Shown: one piece after another, positions 37,858 through 47,947 of the stretch
Numbering within the stretch: position 1 is the first letter of the stretch
How the letters are laid out: the number at the start of each line of letters is the position of its first letter
Assembly (NCBI GenBank): GCA_965231905.1
Contig: CBDDOO010000001.1
Location: forward strand, 523,640 to 587,639
Direction of reading: 5' to 3'
Origin: Arenicellales bacterium
Lineage (GTDB): Bacteria > Pseudomonadota > Gammaproteobacteria > Arenicellales > Poriferihabitantaceae
Length of the DNA: 64,000 nt
Translations under genes and position numbers: made by a program
Notes under the pieces: model-generated
Databases searched by the model: none
The model's input: the letters and a program-made list of their open reading frames with translations, nothing else
What the model was told of the DNA's origin: nothing

Positions 37858-38325
37858 CTATTGCCCGGACAACGCCTGTAATACCTTGTCGGGATGAGCC
37901 GCGGCTTTTGGTACCCTGCGCCAGTGTTTCTTCACAATCCCGTCCCGGCCAATCCAGACTGTGGAGCGGATAATGCCGATTACTTTTCTCCCATACATCA
38001 TTTTTTCACCGTAAGCCTGGTATTCGGTCATCATGGATTTGTCCGGGTCGCTGAGCAAGGTAAACGGGAGCCTGTATTTGTCAATAAATTCCGTGTGCGA
38101 CTTCGCATCGTCCGGAGATACGCCAATGACCACCGCTCCGGTTTCTTCGATTTCCGCCCAGAGGCGCGCGAATCCGCACGCTTCCTTCGTGCATCCCGGG
38201 GTATCATCTTTCGGATAAAAGTAGACGACGACATCCCGGCCCTTGAAGTCTTTCAGGGAGACCGGCCGGTTATTCTGGTCGGTGAGTGTAAAAGCGGGGG
38301 CGGGGAATCCTTCTTCAATTGCCAT
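37858..38325 (-). CDS. bcp: Peroxiredoxin Bcp
   Basis: APAFTL, VVVYFYPKDDTPGCTKEACGF, GVSPD and IIRSTVWIG. Confidence 0.93.
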   Translation of the reverse strand: MAIEEGFPAPAFTLTDQNNRPVSLKDFKGRDVVVYFYPKDDTPGCTKEACGFARLWAEIEETGAVVIGVSPDDAKSHTEFIDKYRLPFTLLSDPDKSMMTEYQAYGEKMMYGRKVIGIIRSTVWIGRDGIVKKHWRRVPKAAAHPDKVLQALSGQ

Positions 38326-38423
38326 CAATCAGTCTCGTGGGTAATTTGGAGGGAGAAAGTATACCCTGTTCGGAAATAGTTTAAAATTGATGAATCAACG
38401 GTAAAACATCACGGAACCTGAAA

Positions 38424-39386
38424 ATGAGCCTGGAGTATCTCGAATTCGAAAAGCCTGTCGCTGAATTGCAGGAGAAAATCTCGGAACTCAAACGTGTCAG
38501 TGTCGAAGGCGGACTGAATCTCAATGAGGAGATCAGGAGCCTTGAGGCCCGAAGTACACAGCTTACCCGTGACATCTTTTCCAGGTTGAGCGCATGGCAG
38601 ATTACTCAGCTTGCCCGGCATCCGTTGCGCCCCTATACGCTTGACTACGTTAAACTCATGGTCGAGGGTTTTCAGGAATTGCATGGCGACCGGATGTATG
38701 CGGATGATCCTTCGATTATCTGCGGCCTGGGGCTGATCAATGGACACCGGGTGGCCATTATCGGCCATCAGAAAGGCAAGGATACTCGTGAACGGACCTG
38801 GCGGAATTTCGGTATGCCGCGTCCGGAAGGTTATCGGAAGGCCCAGCGCGTCATGAAGCTGGCAGAACGATTCGCCCTGCCGGTAGTCACATTGATAGAC
38901 ACTCCGGGCGCTTATCCCGGAATTGGCGCCGAAGAAAGAGGGCAAAGTGAGGCGATCGCCCGATCAATCGAAATGATGGTCAGCCTGGACACACCGATCA
39001 TCTCCGTCGTGATCGGCGAAGGCGGTTCCGGCGGCGCCCTGGCGATCGGCGTATGCGACAAGCTGATCATGTTGCAGTATTCAACCTATTCGGTGATTTC
39101 TCCAGAGGGCTGTGCCTCCATACTCTGGAAGAGCGCCGAAAAAGCGGCTGAAGCGGCTGAAGCGATGGGTGTAACCACGATGGAGCTATCCAGATTGGGT
39201 CTGGTTGATGAGATTGTGGCTGAACCCCTGGGCGGGGCCCACAGAAATTATCGGGAGGTTGCAGAAAATCTGAAGTTGAGTCTTGTGGCGTCGCTGGAAA
39301 GTTTTACCGACCTGGAAACACCGGCGGTGCGGGAGATGCGTCATGATCGATTGATGAGTTTTGGAAGATTCGCAATCAAGGAATAA
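38424..39386 (+). CDS. accA: Acetyl-CoA carboxylase carboxyltransferase alpha subunit
   Basis: [35 protein letters not shown] and [10 protein letters not shown]. Confidence 0.97.
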   Translation: MSLEYLEFEKPVAELQEKISELKRVSVEGGLNLNEEIRSLEARSTQLTRDIFSRLSAWQITQLARHPLRPYTLDYVKLMVEGFQELHGDRMYADDPSIICGLGLINGHRVAIIGHQKGKDTRERTWRNFGMPRPEGYRKAQRVMKLAERFALPVVTLIDTPGAYPGIGAEERGQSEAIARSIEMMVSLDTPIISVVIGEGGSGGALAIGVCDKLIMLQYSTYSVISPEGCASILWKSAEKAAEAAEAMGVTTMELSRLGLVDEIVAEPLGGAHRNYREVAENLKLSLVASLESFTDLETPAVREMRHDRLMSFGRFAIKE

Positions 39387-40809
39387 CCCGTCGCGCCCGG
39401 CCTGCATTGAGCCGGAACGCGAAGCGGTATCCCGGCAGGCTTACAGTCCACAAGCGCTGGCCGCTATTTTATTCCAGCGCTTCGGGTTTCAGGTCGGCGC
39501 CCGCTTCATCGTCGCCTATAGTGGCGGATGCGATTCCCAGGTACTGTTGCACAGCCTGACGGATGCTCTTCAGGGGACAGGGAGTAAAGTGGTTGCGGCG
39601 CATTTCAATCATGGGCTGCAACCCGAATCCGGGCGCTGGGTTGATCTGTGCCGACACTGGGCGGAGTTTCTTGGCGCTGATTTCGTCAGTGGACAGCCGC
39701 AGGCTGATTGGTTGCCGGGCGTTCCCGGATCAGGAAGGAATATCGAGGCCTGGGCAAGAGACGCGCGCTATCAGTGGTTATCCCGGATCGCGGATGAAGA
39801 TGATGTGGTTTTGACCGCTCATCACGCCGACGACCAGGCCGAAACGTTCCTGATGAATCTGTTTCAGGGCAAGGGTATCTCACAGCTTGCCGGCATTTCC
39901 CCCCATCGGCCGATTGTATACGGTTCCACGACCAGCCTGGTCCGGCCGCTGCTGGGATTTACCCGGCGCCGCCTTCGTCAATATGCGCGGCAACACAATC
40001 TGGACTGGATCGAGGACCCTTCGAATGATTCGATTTCCCGCTACAGAAACCGGCTGCGCCACGACCTGATTCCAGTACTGTGCAGGCGTTCTCCGAATCT
40101 GATCGAAAGACTGAACACAGCTGCGAATCAGTGCCGGATCATCGCTGAACGTGAAATCGAGGTTCTTGACCGGCTTTTCCGGCAAAGCGCGGACCCTGAA
40201 GCCAGGAGGATTTTCTGTCTGACCGACCCGCTCAATCTGGATAGCCTGATCAATCTGGAACCGTTTGAATTCAGCGGCTTGATTCGGCGCTGGTTGCACA
40301 AGGCAGGCCGCGCTTCACCTGGAAACAGGAAATTATCCGAGTTTTATCGTCAGCTTCGCCGCCATGCGGAACATTCGCAATTACCCCTCGGACAGCAGAT
40401 TATCCGAAAATACAATCAACATCTGTATCTGACCCGTGTATTCCCGGAAAACCGGCCCGACCCGATCAACTGGAACCTCCGGAAACTCGAGATTGCGCAG
40501 TGTCATATCCAGGTTCAGGCAAAAACCGGATTGAATCAGGGGTTGAGTCTGTCCAGGATGGAAGGTGTGCAATTGAAATGGGTGTGGCGCGAAGGGGGCG
40601 AGCGCATCCGGTTACCCAATCGGACCCACAGCGCTTCCGTCAAGAAATTGCTGCAATCCAGTCGGGTTCCACCCTGGGAGAGAGACCATTTGCCGATGCT
40701 GGCGGTCGATGATGAGATTGCCTGGGTTCGGGGTATCGGGGTGTCAGACGGATTCACCGTGACTCCAGGGGAAGAAGGGATTTATCCCTGCTTCCAGAAG
40801 GAAATTTGA
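39361..40809 (+). CDS. tilS: tRNA(Ile)-lysidine synthetase (start uncertain)
   Basis: [41 protein letters not shown] and KKLLQ..RVPPWER; follows accA. Confidence 0.92.
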   Translation: MEDSQSRNNPSRPACIEPEREAVSRQAYSPQALAAILFQRFGFQVGARFIVAYSGGCDSQVLLHSLTDALQGTGSKVVAAHFNHGLQPESGRWVDLCRHWAEFLGADFVSGQPQADWLPGVPGSGRNIEAWARDARYQWLSRIADEDDVVLTAHHADDQAETFLMNLFQGKGISQLAGISPHRPIVYGSTTSLVRPLLGFTRRRLRQYARQHNLDWIEDPSNDSISRYRNRLRHDLIPVLCRRSPNLIERLNTAANQCRIIAEREIEVLDRLFRQSADPEARRIFCLTDPLNLDSLINLEPFEFSGLIRRWLHKAGRASPGNRKLSEFYRQLRRHAEHSQLPLGQQIIRKYNQHLYLTRVFPENRPDPINWNLRKLEIAQCHIQVQAKTGLNQGLSLSRMEGVQLKWVWREGGERIRLPNRTHSASVKKLLQSSRVPPWERDHLPMLAVDDEIAWVRGIGVSDGFTVTPGEEGIYPCFQKEI

Positions 40810-40848
40810 AAGACAGGGTGGAGTGAACGCAATGTTTGTTGGATCCGT

Positions 40849-41637
40849 GTGAATTCAAACGACAGCATCAGTGGTACAGAAAACATGAAATCAGGTGGGT
40901 TCCAATCTAGTACCGCCTTTGGTGTCGACGGATGCAAGGGGGGTTGGTTCTGTATTTCCCTGGAACCATCCGGTACCATCGGGTGGTTCGTGTTGGAAAG
41001 GTTGAGTGAATTGATCACGATGGTAAATAATGGGGATCGCATTTTCGTGGATATCCCAATTGGCCTTTCTGATGGTCCGAAAGAACGCTTGTGTGACAGG
41101 GAAGCCCGGTGCAAGCTTGGTCCCCGTCGCTCCAGCGTATTCCCCGCACCGGTACGGCCTGTACTGAAAGCAGGGAGCTACGAGGAGGCGAAACAGGTCA
41201 GCTTGGAGGTGAAGGGTAAATCCCTGTCAAAACAGAGTTGGGCGATCTTGCCAAAGATCCGGGAAGTGGATGCACTGTTGCGAGATTGTACCAAAGCGCG
41301 TGCCATAGTACGGGAGGTGCACCCTGAAATTTGTTTCTGGGCGCTTGCAGGAGAAGAACCCATGAAATATGGAAAGAAACGGCGGGAAGGAGCCGAAGAA
41401 CGGATTGAGTTACTCAAAAGCGTTCGCCCTTCAGCAGGTCAGGAATTTGACCGGGCTTGCAATTCTTTCCCACCGAACAAGGTAGCGAAGGACGATATTC
41501 TGGATGCAATGGTTGCGGCCTTGACCGCTTTTGCGAATCCGCGAGAATTGCGAACCCTTCCTGAAGAACCGTGCCGGGATGCTTGTGGTCTGCCAATGGA
41601 AATGGTCTATCTCTCAAGATCGAATCTTATGATCTGA
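40849..41637 (+). CDS. DUF429 family predicted RNase H-like nuclease (start possibly ATG 40885)
   Basis: FGVDGCKGGW, FVDIPIGL, CDREAR, SSVFPAP, REVHPE and DDILDA. Confidence 0.8.
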   Translation: MNSNDSISGTENMKSGGFQSSTAFGVDGCKGGWFCISLEPSGTIGWFVLERLSELITMVNNGDRIFVDIPIGLSDGPKERLCDREARCKLGPRRSSVFPAPVRPVLKAGSYEEAKQVSLEVKGKSLSKQSWAILPKIREVDALLRDCTKARAIVREVHPEICFWALAGEEPMKYGKKRREGAEERIELLKSVRPSAGQEFDRACNSFPPNKVAKDDILDAMVAALTAFANPRELRTLPEEPCRDACGLPMEMVYLSRSNLMI

Positions 41638-41707
41638 TGTTTTGCCAACCGTTAATGTGTAGAAGTCGGGACTTGGTTGGACAGTTACCGGTTTGAAGGG
41701 TGGTCTG

Positions 41708-42922
41708 TCAGTTGAAGTCTAGTTCATAAACTTCTCCTGCCAGATTTTTCTGCCATCCTCCAATGTCTCCATAGGAGTTCGGCCACAACACATTTTCCCT
41801 TGATGGGTTCACACACCTTGGTAGCACAACCAAATCCATCTCACCTGGTTTTTCCCCCTTGTCACCAAACAATGATGTTTGTGTAGGTCTTGATGCCTTG
41901 CTTGCCATGCTAAACATATGGTGCGTTGGCCATGCATCCCGGATGGCACGGACTGTGGTCTGGAGGGTGAATGATCGCTTATCCGTGCGTACTACAATTG
42001 TCGCATTGACCTTGGTTATCTTGGCAAGTTGATTGAAAACACCTCGGACGATCTCTGAGTATTTTTCTCGGTTTCCGTAGCGATGCCCTTGACTCCACTC
42101 GGGGGTTGCCGGACCTCCTAATGCCCAAATCCGTATCCAATTGTCATACCTGTAATCTGTCACCCCCATGTAAGGTGGTGACGTTAGAACCAGCGAGGCC
42201 CGCTGGTTCCGGCAAACCTGATATGTATGAAGCCCATTTCTCGCATCACCGAAATAGATTTCCGCTTCAGTATCCGCCCTTACAATTCCCCGTGCATACC
42301 TCCATTCCACACGGGACTTCAAATACTCCACTGCATTGATCTCGGGTGGGCGCATATTGCGCTTCTTCCACCAACGAACTGCGTAGTTCGGCCCCATCGC
42401 TTTGCTCTGGCGCATCTGGTTTGACAACCCACCTCCGATCTTTGCATGAAGATAAACCAGAAGGACCGCGGATACCATTCTGTCAATTTTTGAATTTCTC
42501 CAGTCAAGGTTGCGGCGGGCACTGTTAACAAAGCCCAAAACGTCTGAGCACCAAGCCCATTCCTGGAACTCTGTCATTGGAATGAAGTCCTCTGGTTCAC
42601 GGCATCGTGCAATCTTGTCGATGCGTCGCAAGATACGGCCAAGCTGACGAGCAGGCGCAGTCTTTGCACTTGAAAAAACCCAACCCACCGGGTTCAGTTC
42701 ACATCCAAACGACTGACGGCCCAGTACTTGTGCAACGTAATTTGTGGTGCCTCGACCGCAAAAAGGGTCAATGACAAGATCGCCCGGTGCACTGTATCGA
42801 GAGACAATATTCCGTGCGAAGTCCACAGGAAACATCGCGTAGTATGGACCAAACCCAGCCCATCGACCCTCCCGGGTTCCGATGGTCCAGGCTTTAGCAG
42901 AACTATCAGGTATCATCATCAA
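41708..42922 (-). CDS. Site-specific DNA methyltransferase (amino-MTase, motif I before motif IV; SPPY suggests N4-cytosine)
   Basis: GPYYAMFP, IDPFCGRGTT (motif I) and LTSPPY (motif IV); start overlaps the nurA stop. Confidence 0.85.
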   Translation of the reverse strand: MMMIPDSSAKAWTIGTREGRWAGFGPYYAMFPVDFARNIVSRYSAPGDLVIDPFCGRGTTNYVAQVLGRQSFGCELNPVGWVFSSAKTAPARQLGRILRRIDKIARCREPEDFIPMTEFQEWAWCSDVLGFVNSARRNLDWRNSKIDRMVSAVLLVYLHAKIGGGLSNQMRQSKAMGPNYAVRWWKKRNMRPPEINAVEYLKSRVEWRYARGIVRADTEAEIYFGDARNGLHTYQVCRNQRASLVLTSPPYMGVTDYRYDNWIRIWALGGPATPEWSQGHRYGNREKYSEIVRGVFNQLAKITKVNATIVVRTDKRSFTLQTTVRAIRDAWPTHHMFSMASKASRPTQTSLFGDKGEKPGEMDLVVLPRCVNPSRENVLWPNSYGDIGGWQKNLAGEVYELDFN

Positions 42923-43584
42923 AAAGTTCCTTCAGAATTTCTCCACCTATTTTCAAGGGAATCGCGGCATGCGAATGGGCCCGAACAATTGGAACAAAGC
43001 CTCCCTCAAACAAATATGTGGATAAGCGATCCACCACACCCAAGGTATCCGGCAATCCAGGATAGGCTGAAATAGAGGTATTACTGAGGTCCACAGCCGC
43101 CTCCGAGGTCATCGCGGTATTGACTACCATACGTTGTCCAGTTGCATTCTTGTAGAGAACCATCCGACCAAAATAGGTGTCTTTCCCCCATTCCTTTGCC
43201 CCTGGGGGTCGATAGACAATATTCCTGTGAATATAGTCTATTGATGGAAGGAGTGCCGTTCTCTCGGAGTACCTTCTTCCCGGTCCACTCTTTTCATCAA
43301 AGTCAAGTTGATCAAAATGTTCGACGAACTGCCCTGTTTTTATGAGTGAGAAGAGAAGAAGAGGTCGGCCGGTCATTCGCAGACATTCAGAGTTGATCCG
43401 ACAGAGTTCATCCCGGACTCTCGGTGCGACCGCGGCGAACTGCCCAAAAGCAGCAAGGGGGCCATCAATGACGAAAGCGAACTCAGGAAGCATACGAGTA
43501 GTGCGAGGAGTGGAAAGAAAAAATCTCAGCACATTCAGAAGCATGATCAACTCCAGAAATCGCATGACTTGTATGATTGAAATT

Positions 43585-43757
43585 CCCTGGTAATCAGGCC
43601 AGATTACGAGGGAGGCGTGAGGGGCGCTCCGCTGTTTGACGGGTGAGAAACGATTTTCGTTTTTGCACCGAGGGGAAGTAAGGAACCCCTCACGCCAGTT
43701 TTCTGCTCCGAATAGATACAGGGGGAACTCAGTCCCGAATACAAGTGGGGAGCAGAA
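43585..43757 (+). ncRNA. Predicted bridge RNA of the IS110 element (5' hairpin, target-binding loop, donor-binding loop)
   Basis: Stems at 43585-43612, 43614-43624/43686-43696 and 43701-43709/43749-43757. Donor-loop guides ATAGATAC (43712-43719) and ATACAAG (43739-43745) match the element's own circle junction ATAGATA-CT-TGTAT exactly. Transcript ends are inferred. Confidence 0.8.
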
Positions 43758-43786
43758 TCTTCATTCTACCGTACAGGAGATAGAAA

Positions 43787-44737
43787 ATGAAAGATCCGAT
43801 GAAAAAAGTCGCTGGCATTGATGTGGGCAAGAACCGTCTGGACGTGTGTTTGGATCGAGGTCTGGTTGAGGGTTTCGAGAATACCGCGCAGGGCATTGCG
43901 CGTCTGGTGAAGCGTCTGCACGCGGGGGGCGCTGAGCAGGTGGTGTTGGAGGCCAGTGGCGGATACGAACGATTTTTGCTGGAGGAGTTGCGGGCTGCAG
44001 GTATCCAGGCGAATCGGGTGCAGCCGTCGCGGGTGCGCGCTTTTGCCCATGCGCTCGGAGTGGGGGCCAAGACGGATGCGCTGGACGCTCGTTTGCTGTG
44101 CGTATATGGTCAAAGTCTGGAGTTGCCGGGTAACCCGTCGGTCTCTTTGGAAGTGCGGCATTTGCGGGAACAGGTGGATCGTCGGGAACAGTTGATGGCA
44201 CAACGGATTGAGGAGATGAATCGTTTGGAGAAGAATCCTCCGGCTTGGGTGCGGGACTCGTGCCGTCGTCACATGGCGTGGTTGAATCGGGAGATCCAAC
44301 GCATCGACACGGCGCTGCGCTCGTTGCTCCAGGAAGGCGAGTTGGCCGAGCGAGCGGCTTTGTTGCGAAGTGTCAAAGGCGTTGGAGAAGTTACGGTAGG
44401 CGTGTTGTTGGCTCATTTGCCGGAATTGGGAGAAGGTTCTGGCAAGTCCTTGAGCGCTCTGGCGGGTTTGGCGCCGTGGGCGCGCGACAGTGGTCAGCAT
44501 CAAGGCAAACGCAGCATTCGGGGTGGCCGCAAGGCGGTGCGCCGCGCGTTGTATATGTCAGCGCTGTCGTCGGTTCGTCACGACCCTGGGATGCGGAGTT
44601 TTTACCGGGGATTGCGGGATCGGGGCAAGCCGGGCAAGGTGGCCCTGGTGGCAGTGATGCGTAAGAGGTTGTTGCTTCTGCATGCAATTATCCGGAGAGG
44701 TACGCCGTGGGTGGAGACCCCAGCGCCAAGTCGGTAA
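43787..44737 (+). CDS. IS110-family recombinase/transposase
   Basis: RuvC-like DEDD residues (GIDVGK, VLEASG, KTDALDA) and C-terminal domain with VKGVG, RDSG and GGRKAVRRALY. Confidence 0.93.
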   Translation: MKDPMKKVAGIDVGKNRLDVCLDRGLVEGFENTAQGIARLVKRLHAGGAEQVVLEASGGYERFLLEELRAAGIQANRVQPSRVRAFAHALGVGAKTDALDARLLCVYGQSLELPGNPSVSLEVRHLREQVDRREQLMAQRIEEMNRLEKNPPAWVRDSCRRHMAWLNREIQRIDTALRSLLQEGELAERAALLRSVKGVGEVTVGVLLAHLPELGEGSGKSLSALAGLAPWARDSGQHQGKRSIRGGRKAVRRALYMSALSSVRHDPGMRSFYRGLRDRGKPGKVALVAVMRKRLLLLHAIIRRGTPWVETPAPSR

Positions 44738-45444
44738 AAAAAACAATAAAATAGTGGACTTGGAACATAGATACTTCTCCGTGGGGCTCCCCATTGGGTC
44801 CGGCTTCGTTGAATCTCTCGTGAAACCGTAGCTGATCAGTACTGAATATCGGTCTGTCCAGACCACAACAACAGTCAATCTGACCTTCAGAAGGGGCCAA
44901 TTTTCTGCCACAATCTTCAAAATGTGGACACCTGAAAGTATTTATCCGCCCTGATACGAGAGCTTCATATGTTTCGAGTAGCGTTTCATGCCCAGATTGG
45001 ACAATCTTCCCATGCAAGGCTTCAAAGACAGTAGTGCGGAAAAAATCACGGGGCTGAAGACCATCCTCACGGATAATATTCCGGCCCGGCAAGACTGTTT
45101 GCAGGGTATGTGCGGAATCCATCTCATTGAACGCCTTTGGAGGGATGATCTTACCGCTTCCTCTGTCTTTCAGTTTACGCAGATCAATGTAGACCAGAGC
45201 GAGTTGAACCAGGCTGGCCTCTGCACCCGGAAATCCGTTCTTCAGAGTTTCTGTGATCAGTGACCCATCAATTGCAATCACTCGGTCAACGGGCACTTCA
45301 GTACGTGGAATTTCAGCAGGTGATAGTTGAGGTCCTCTTGACGGTTCTGTCGGCTTGATTCGACCAGAGAAGTCCTCAAAAATCTTACTTTGCTGGAGCG
45401 AAATTAATGCCTCTCCAGTTGTGCGCTGGCCTTTATACGGCATG

Positions 45445-47601
45445 TCATGATTCTCCTTCGACCGAGAACAGATCAATCTGGACAGGTATCGTAAATGGAT
45501 TCGAAAGTGTTCGCATGCGAACAAAACCAGGGTCTGTTATTGATTTGATCTGATAGGAGTAGTCTTCGAAATCGTAAAATTTTGAGATCGCGCGGACCTC
45601 ATCGGAATTATTCAAGTGAGCGATGAACCAGTTGTCCGTGTTTTTCAGAATGGCAGGCATCACAGACGAAGGCTCCTGGGTGGCGAGAACCATACCAATC
45701 CGGTACTTGGATCCTTCCTTGGCCGTGCGTGCCCAAATGGTCTTCAGTTCATCCTTGCCTCCTGCAGCTGGTAGAAGATTGTGGGCCTCTTCAAGATATA
45801 CCATGATTGGCGGAGGTGGCTTGAGAGTGTCGTCCGATTCGAGTTGAGGATCAATGAAGTCTTGCTTCTGTCGGTTGAAAATTGCCCACAGAATTCTTTC
45901 GGCAGCATTCACATTTTGGTCAGGGTCGCCTGTAGATTGATCGAAAATCACAAGCTTTCCAGCTCGAAGATCCTCAACCACCTCTGCCGCATAGTCCTTG
46001 GTGGACTGTGGAGAGTGCTGGTGTATCAGGTTTCTGTATTGCCTGACACCATTAGGGTAACTGTAGATTGCAAGCAGATTTCGGAGAGAGCCATCATCCC
46101 AGGGTCTTTCGTCATGATTCTTCCGATACTCCCTGTCAAAACCATTGTATCCGCTGCCCTTTTCCTCCATAAATTTAAGTAAGCCCTTGCACGCTTCAAC
46201 AAAGGAGTCCCATGGGGGGTTTTCCTTGCCAAGTATTTCAGCCGCCGCTTCAACCTGATTTTTCGTTGCTTCATCAGTACAGTCGTTATTTTTCATCGTA
46301 CCCCGAAGTTCCTTGCTGAACAGTCCCTTGATCCAAGGGCCAGAATCTGAAGCGGGAAATCCCGCTGCAGATAGTGTAGACCGATAGACCTCGACAATCC
46401 TTCGAAATCGTATCCGATCACCGTACTCATCCAATGATGTTGGAGCCTCAATGATCGTATCTCGAAACGATTTGATATAGTTTCGACTATCACTCTGCAA
46501 TTGGTTGTCAATAATTGATTTGCCGACAATCAACTGATCCAGAGCCTGCTGTACTTGGGGTATGTCTCCCCAGTCTGAAACGCGGGTGCCATAGAAATTG
46601 ATTTTGACAATCTTCCGATGTGGATCATTCGGATGTTTGTTGAGCCCGTAGGTGGAAATTTCGTCTTCCCGACCTGTATTCTGCGCTTGTTCATGTACGG
46701 ACTTGATGGAGCCACCATCCTGCACATTGTCGTTGGCGTATTCACCATTGGGATCGAAAATCAACTGCCCCACTCTCGCATGTGGATTGTTTCGTCGAAG
46801 TAGATAAACTGCCTTGGCTGTAATCTTCATGGCATTGGATTTTCCGCCCCGACTCATGCCCCCGTAGAAGGTTCTACGTGATACGAAATCAACCGGATCA
46901 ATCTGGACCGGAACATTGTCTACAGTTTCATCCACCCCAACTTCACTGGCCGCAAACCTGACGCGACCTACCCGCAATTGACCGGTATTTCCAAGATCAT
47001 CCGTGCCTGTGGTTTTCTGGAAATTGACGATCTTGGACAAAAGGTCTCCTACTGGCTTGTAAACCTTCATTCCTTTCCCAGAATAGTAATTCACCAGATC
47101 AGCGCCAAATGTGAATCCATACTTACCATCAGGATCAGCTTTCATACGAAATGTACCCAGAACACGACATCAATACCCCCCGAACGACAGATTATTACGG
47201 GTCCAATCGTCCACCCGGGTTGGATGATCCCAGGTTTCCCCGGAGTCTGTAGCCCTCATTCCAGCCTGAAATCTGTATTCTTCCATCTCACGGGCATTGG
47301 GCAATGGGCAATCTCCGATAATCCTCAGGAGAACAAGACAGGTCTCCTCATCTTCCGCCAGCGTGTCGTCATCGGAATCTGGATTCAGGCGACTGGCCAC
47401 CAAAAACGATCCGTGCGGCAACCCACGAACCTTCTCCCGAGCATAATCATGCACAAGCACTTGGGCATCCTTATAGTTGATTGAAAGCAGGTCTCCGATG
47501 CACAAATCGGAGTCAAGCAGGTTTTGGAGAAATTGACCGGCATCAGTGGAACGGGTGGTCACCAAGTCTTCGATGATCGAGCCCAGCAAATTATTATTCA
47601 T
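45445..47601 (-). pseudogene. HerA/FtsK-like ATPase (DUF87 type) with one in-frame TGA at 47170-47172
   Basis: N-terminal HAS-barrel-like part (IGDLLSINYKDAQVLVHD), then ...FGGY*CRVLGTF... in the same frame, Walker A GMSRGGKS, Walker B VYLEEAHN and EGSKYRIGMVLATQEPS. Confidence 0.8.
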
Positions 47602-47947
47602 GAATGCTTCTTTCCCTCAGTTTCAAAAGTTGTATAGGATGGCATCATCCCTGCTGTATTTCGTTGCATAGGGGATGGAAACTCACAGCCCGATAGGATT
47701 GTATTCTGATCTCGTGACCTTTCTCTATCTCAATTTACAGATATTTTCAACGGATTCAGCTTGAATGCGCTGCCTCCACTTACCGTCAAGTAAGGATATC
47801 AAGGGCAAGTCTGGACTGATTACTCTAAATTCGACCAACCCGAACAGTAAGGTCGTTGTGGTCGGAAATCCAAAAGTGTGTCACTCACCACGCCTGCCGG
47901 TCCTGCAAAGTGGTCACTCCTCTGGAAAATGGATTCTGGACTCTGTA

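Larger units (their letters stand above)
43568..44775 (+). mobile_element. IS110-family insertion sequence (IS621-like layout: long left end, short right end, CT core at both junctions)
   Basis: ACTT is present at both junctions (43567-43570 and 44773-44776); there are no terminal inverted repeats; removal restores nurA. Confidence 0.9.
42906..45443 (-). pseudogene. NurA-family nuclease interrupted by IS110
   Basis: The N-half from ATG 45443 contains VIAIDGS; the C-half contains FVIDGPL and VRAH. Removing 43568-44773 joins the halves in frame as ...PHGEV-MRFLEL... Confidence 0.8.

Noticed and set aside
47170-47172. TGA in herA read as selenocysteine
   Set aside because: No evident SECIS-like hairpin immediately downstream and no known redox Cys at this position in HerA; a CGA-to-TGA nonsense change is simpler.
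47602-47947. Possible small gene between herA and the AAA gene
   Set aside because: The minus-strand frames I translated contain several stops and no recognisable motif, and the short plus-strand ORFs are unconvincing.
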